Source: Octopus bimaculoides
Taxonomy: Eukaryota
Assembly (NCBI RefSeq): GCF_001194135.2
Contig: NC_068998.1
Coordinates: 45,699,249-45,736,703 of the forward strand
Direction: 5' to 3'
DNA length: 37,455 bases
Shown here: piece after piece, positions 32,121 through 37,455 of the stretch
Layout: each line of letters opens with the position of its first letter
Position numbering within the stretch: the stretch's first letter is position 1
Translations under genes and position numbers: made by a program
The notes under the pieces: generated by a model
What the model was told of the DNA's origin: nothing
The model's input: only the letters and a program-made list of their open reading frames with translations
Databases searched by the model: none

Positions 32121-32499
32121 TTTTATCTTTTACTTGTTTTCAGTCATTTGACTACGGCCATGCTGGGGTACCGCCTTGGAGAATTTTTAGTGAAATGAAT
32201 CGACCTCAGTAATTTTGTTTTTGCTTGTTTATTAGCATCGAACCGCTAAGTTATTAGGACATAAACAAACCAACACCATTTGTCAAGCGATTGTGCAGTA
32301 CAAATGCAGGCTCAAAGACACACACACACGTATATGTATAAGACAGGCTTCTTTCAGTTTCCATCAGCCAAATCCACTCACAGGGCATTGTTCGGACGGA
32401 GGCTATCGTAGAAGACAAATGTCCAAGGTGGCACGCAGTGGGACTGAACCCAGAAGCATGTCACTGAGAAGTAAACTTCTTCCCACACACCCACGCCTG
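32121..32499 (-). mobile_element. SINE family E, near full length, diverged
   Basis: TTTTACTTGTTTTCAGTCATTTGACTACGGCCATGCTGGGGTACCGCC..CAAATCCACTCACA..CCAAGGTGGCACGCAGTGGGACTGAACCC is the reverse complement of the 9239 copy. Confidence 0.9.
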
Positions 32500-32503
32500 A
32501 ATG

Positions 32504-32534
<31 letters not shown>

Positions 32535-32840
32535 ACATATATATATGTATATATATGTATATATATATATATATATATANNNNNNNNNNNNNNNNNNNNN
32601 NNNNNNNNNNNNNNNNNNNNNNNNNNNNNNNNNNNNNNNNNNNNNNNNNNNNNNNNNNNNNNNNNNNNNNNNNNNNNNNNNNNNNNNNNNNNNNNNNNNN
32701 NNNNNNNNNNNNNNNNNNNNNNNNNNNNNNNNNNNNNNNNNNNNNNNNNNNNNNNNNNNNNNNNNNNNNNNNNNNNNNNNNNNNNNNNNNNNNNNNNNNN
32801 NNNNNNNNNNNNNNNNNNNNNNNNNNNNNNNNNNNNNNNN

Positions 32841-32925
32841 TTTACAATGTCCTGTACCCAGATATGCACCTATACATACAGGTGGATGTCGGTATGCACG
32901 TACCTGTACGTATATATGCATATAC
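32841..32925 (+). mobile_element. Family F copy
   Basis: ATGTCCTGTACCCAGATATGCACCTATACATACAGGTGGATGTCGGTATGCACGTA. Confidence 0.6.
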
Positions 32926-32938
32926 TCATTGACTATTT

Positions 32939-33013
<75 letters not shown>

Positions 33014-33237
33014 AAGGTATCCTACTCCCACGAGATTCTCTGCTGGTGGTTGGGGGATTCCGTTCCGAATCCCTATTTCATTATCAAAAATTAGATCCAC
33101 TTCGACTTCCAGGTTTCACCTGATGGCTTGCTCGAGCTGAATAAACCGTTCGGCTTATGCAAGCAGAATAACGCATTGTACAAAACTAATTTTAGAATTG
33201 ATACGTCTATTACAATGGGTCCGTCTGTCTACCTTTG

Positions 33238-33295
33238 TATCTATCTATCTATCTACCTATCTATCTATCTGGCCCTCCATCCATCCATCTATATG

Positions 33296-33362
<67 letters not shown>

Positions 33363-33414
33363 CTCCGTCTATCTATTTATCTATCTATCCATCCATCTAT
33401 ATGTCTATCTATCC

Positions 33415-33463
<49 letters not shown>

Positions 33464-33465
33464 AA
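33238..33465. repeat. (CTAT)n and (CT)n microsatellites
   Basis: Visible runs. Confidence 0.95.
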
Positions 33466-33518
33466 TATATATATACAGACACATATATCTATCAAAGTAT
33501 GTATACACACACATACAT

Positions 33519-33551
<33 letters not shown>

Positions 33552-33892
33552 GTTACTATAATTTCTTGTCAATAAAGGACTCAATACATATGCAGAGTGC
33601 ATTTTTCAAGCAATTTCGGACATATGACGAAATGTCTATATCGATATAGGTTATTGCGTACTTGTAATGTTATACTCCGTTTGTATAATTGTTCGTTATA
33701 CACACACACACACACGTATGTATATAGATTTGTATGTAAAGGGAAAGAGCGAGTGGTGAATAAGTGTGCCTGTGTATACATACATATATATGTGTATGTG
33801 TGTATACACTCATTATATATATGTAGACATTATACATATACATATATACCCATTATATAATAATACGTATATATAATCATTATATATATGTG

Positions 33893-34002
<110 letters not shown>

Positions 34003-34059
34003 TACTCATTATATATATATATACACTCATTATGTGTGTGTGTGTGTTTGTGTGTAATC

Positions 34060-35136
34060 CATATACACACCTTTACACAATATATCACAAATGTACACAC
34101 ATATCCACATACAATATTGCCAGACTAATATACAGACTAACACACATATCCACACCGAGGACGTACAGACAGACACAATCATATCCACACAAACACACAC
34201 ATACACACATACCCACACACACGGCAACCGTTCCACCACGACCACCACGGCACCATACCGATGACCTTGTACCACTAACGGTTGGCAGTGTTTTAACTCC
34301 CACACTTGTGTTCTCAGAACGGCTGCACCAGTGCGCATGCGCACCCACCTGCGCATCTCTACGCACACACACACAAAGAGACACAGACGCATCAGTGGAT
34401 GAGGATGTAAACGTTTACACATAGACACGCACATTATAATGGACGGACACGCAAAAACACACACACACACACACACTTATGAAACACAAATCACTCGCTA
34501 ACAGAACACAAATATACATATATATATATATTCACACACATACACACAAACATACATACACATATCCTACAAAAATATTAATATTCTTATAGAAACACAC
34601 ACAGACACACACACACACATACAGATACACACGTATCCTATGAAAAATATATTCTTAGAGACACATACACACGCCCTGCTTAAACACATAATGATACATA
34701 CACACAAAAGCACACACACACGCCTACCGTCATACACACTCACAGCCACATAGTGGCAAAAATACAAAACACATACATGCTTATAGACATAGACATACAC
34801 ACACAAACCCACACACATCACAGACACACATGTACACAGACATACTGTCAGCACACATACACACTTCAGACAGACATACACACACACCCTCACCGACACA
34901 TACACTCACTCTTACACAACATACCCGCAAACAGACACACACACACACACATACATATTTATATACAGACATATACACATAAATATGTACACAGGCTCAT
35001 ACGCACATACACATAGACATACACACACTAGTACACACACATACACTCATATAGAGACACGTATTTACTCCTACATATTACTCAGGAATATACATTATAC
35101 ATATAGAGAGACCAACAGAACAGTCACACACACACA

Positions 35137-35172
<36 letters not shown>

Positions 35173-35245
35173 CACACTAAGAAACATACACGTACATGAT
35201 TAAAAATACAGTTTGCTGAGGTTAAGAACACACACACACCTATAA
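34060..35245. repeat. Cryptic CA-rich dinucleotide field
   Basis: Degenerate CA/TA/GA alternation, with a short complex island at about 34224-34375. Confidence 0.85.
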
Positions 35246-35590
35246 TTAAACATCAAATATATATATATATATATATATANNNNNNNNNNNNNNNNNNNNN
35301 NNNNNNNNNNNNNNNNNNNNNNNNNNNNNNNNNNNNNNNNNNNNNNNNNNNNNNNNNNNNNNNNNNNNNNNNNNNNNNNNNNNNNNNNNNNNNNNNNNNN
35401 NNNNNNNNNNNNNNNNNNNNNNNNNNNNNNNNNNNNNNNNNNNNNNNNNNNNNNNNNNNNNNNNNNNNNNNNNNNNNNNNNNNNNNNNNNNNNNNNNNNN
35501 NNNNNNNNNNNNNNNNNNNNNNNNNNNNNNNNNNNNNNNNNNNNNNNNNNNNNNNNNNNNNNNNNGATCAACATACAGACAGGAATGTGT

Positions 35591-35594
<4 letters not shown>

Positions 35595-35631
<37 letters not shown>

Positions 35632-35646
35632 GACAGAGACAGAGAC

Positions 35647-35695
<49 letters not shown>

Positions 35696-35697
35696 GG
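35595..35697. repeat. (GA)n/(GACA)n microsatellite
   Basis: Visible runs. Confidence 0.95.
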
Positions 35698-35819
35698 GAG
35701 GAAGGAGGGGAATAGACGCCCGCAAATAACATAAGTATATGCATTACAAAGACGCTTGTGTATTTATATGTGTGTGTGTATGAGTGTGTCTGTGCGCGCG
35801 CCCGTGTGTGTGTACATGC

Positions 35820-35855
<36 letters not shown>

Positions 35856-35858
<3 letters not shown>

Positions 35859-36232
35859 CTGTTATCTTTTACTTGTTTCAGTCATTAAACTCTGGCCATG
35901 CTGGAGCACCGCCTTGTGGCATTTTAGTCGAATGAATCGACTCCACTATTTATTTATTTTGTTTTAAAGCCTGATATTTATTCTATCGGTTTCTTTTGCC
36001 GAATCGCTATGTTACGAGGACGTAAACACACCAACACCGGTTTCAAGGGGGTGGGGGTGAGGAACAACGATTGACACAAAAGCACACACATAGACATATA
36101 CATATATAATTATAAACGAGGTCTGTCTGCCAAATCCACCCACAAAGTTATAGTAGAAGACACATGACCATGGTATCACGCAGTGGGACTGAACACGGGA
36201 CCATGTGGTTGGGAAGTAAGCTTCTTAACTCA
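35856..36232 (-). mobile_element. SINE family E, diverged with internal deletions
   Basis: CTTTTACTTGTTTCAGTCATT..GGCCATGCTGGAGCACCGCC..TATTCTATCGG..ACGCAGTGGGACTGAACACGGGACCATGTGGTTGGGAAGTAAGC. Confidence 0.9.
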
Positions 36233-36892
36233 TGTATGTCTAGACAATCATATACATACATATGTATATATAAAAAAGAAGAAAACAAAAAATGGAACAA
36301 GAACGTAACAGGCGACGACAAAACAAAAAAAAAAGGACAGGGAAAAACAAGGACGGGTCATTCAGAGCTTCCTATCCTCAGTCGAGTTCCAGATCGTCTT
36401 TGCAGTTTTGGCCGGTTACACTAGAGACTGCTCCAATCTGGCCGGCCCCAAGAAAATCTAAGCTAAGAGCATTTGACTCCTTGGAAGAAAGCAAGCGAAT
36501 ATATACGAAAAATAAAACGGAGAAATGGTACACAATTACAAATACAAACAACAGGACATTAACAACAGGTGTCTTTCAACTAAGGACGAATTACATATAT
36601 ACACATATATTCATATAAATACCTATATGTCTGTGTATGTGTATGTGTGTGTGTGCGTAGATAAAAGTCTGAAACAATGCGAAATGGAATACGAAACTAA
36701 ACTACAAGAGTGAACATAAAACAGTAGTTGATGTTGTAATTTGTATTTCGATATTTCGTTGCTAGGACCACTTCTTCAGGACCTGTGGAACAATGGGAAG
36801 CAGAACAACGCAGTTATTATTGCTCAATATGCCGGAGACGGTAGTGATGTGCGCAAACTGGTGTTATAATAAGCCAGTCTGCTTCACGTGCT

Positions 36893-37065
36893 CCCACTAT
36901 CGCTTGACAACCGGTGTTGGTGTGTTGACGTCCCCATAAATTATCGATTAGTCAAAAGGGTCCGATAGAATAAGTACTAGGCTTACAAAGAATAAGTCCT
37001 GAGGTCTATTTGTTCGACTAAAGGCGGTGCTCCAGCATGGCCACAGTAAAATAGATGAAACAATT
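36893..37065 (+). mobile_element. SINE family E, 3' half
   Basis: ATCGCTTGACAACCGGTGTTGGTGTG..CCGATAGAATAAGTACTAGGCTTACAAAGAATAAGTCCTGAGG..GGCGGTGCTCCAGCATGGCCACAGT. Confidence 0.9.
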
Positions 37066-37150
37066 AATATATATATTTATATAACACATATACATACATA
37101 TATATATATAAAACACATATTATACATACATATATATATATATATATATA

Positions 37151-37260
37151 TTTGTTCTAACGTCCTGTACCCTGATATGCATGTATATACACATGTAGAT
37201 GTAAGTATGTACATATATGTGTGTATACATGTATATATATTCTTTGTATTATTATATTAT
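37151..37260 (+). mobile_element. Family F copy
   Basis: ACGTCCTGTACCCTGATATGCATGTATATACACATGTAGATGTAAGTATGTACATATATG, directly after (TA)n. Confidence 0.6.
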
Positions 37261-37314
37261 TGAACGCACACGTCCTTTTTTGCAAGTAAGTCTACTATTA
37301 TTCTGACGTGACTA

Positions 37315-37390
37315 TCTTTCTATCTATCTATCTATCTATCTGTCTATCTACCTATCTATCTATCTATCTTTCTATCTATTTATCTATCTG
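37315..37390. repeat. (CTAT)n microsatellite
   Basis: Visible run. Confidence 0.93.
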
Positions 37391-37455
37391 TCTTCCTCCA
37401 TCTTTCTATCTATACCTCTGTCCTGGCCTCTACTTCACTGCTATACCCTTCTGTC

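Noticed and set aside
33043-33073. GGGATTC-CGTTCC-GAATCCC hairpin as a terminator or ncRNA
   Set aside because: A single 7-bp stem with no U-tract or other support is expected by chance.

Overview
Repeat-dense eukaryotic DNA, most likely an octopus draft assembly. That species call is an inference from the SINE/LINE families and the very high microsatellite density. There are 17 N-gaps (about 4.4 kb), mostly flanked by microsatellites. I find no intact protein-coding gene, true tRNA/rRNA gene or CRISPR array; almost every ORF in the supplied track is a translation of simple repeats or Ns. The window holds several tRNA-derived SINE families in many copies (labelled A, B and E here) and unclassified repeats (C, D, F). 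Decayed LINE fragments are present: two R4/Dong-type (RLE) pieces, a CR1-like 3' end and a possible RTE piece. DNA transposon remnants include a DD37D (maT) Tc1/mariner, a mariner N-terminus, two copies of a mariner MITE and a hAT MITE with a perfect 8-bp TSD. There are also Penelope-like termini with minimal hammerhead-like motifs, a ~36-bp minisatellite and long cryptic triplet fields. The most interesting signals are: (AAT)n arrays acting as shared landing sites for R4/Dong LINEs and SINE B; modular SINE architecture with a candidate partner-LINE tail inside the window; two hammerhead-like motifs; and a 58-nt candidate exon encoding a Walker A motif. I do not see convincing evidence of a wholly new biological system. 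Element boundaries are approximate unless a TSD or TIR is cited.
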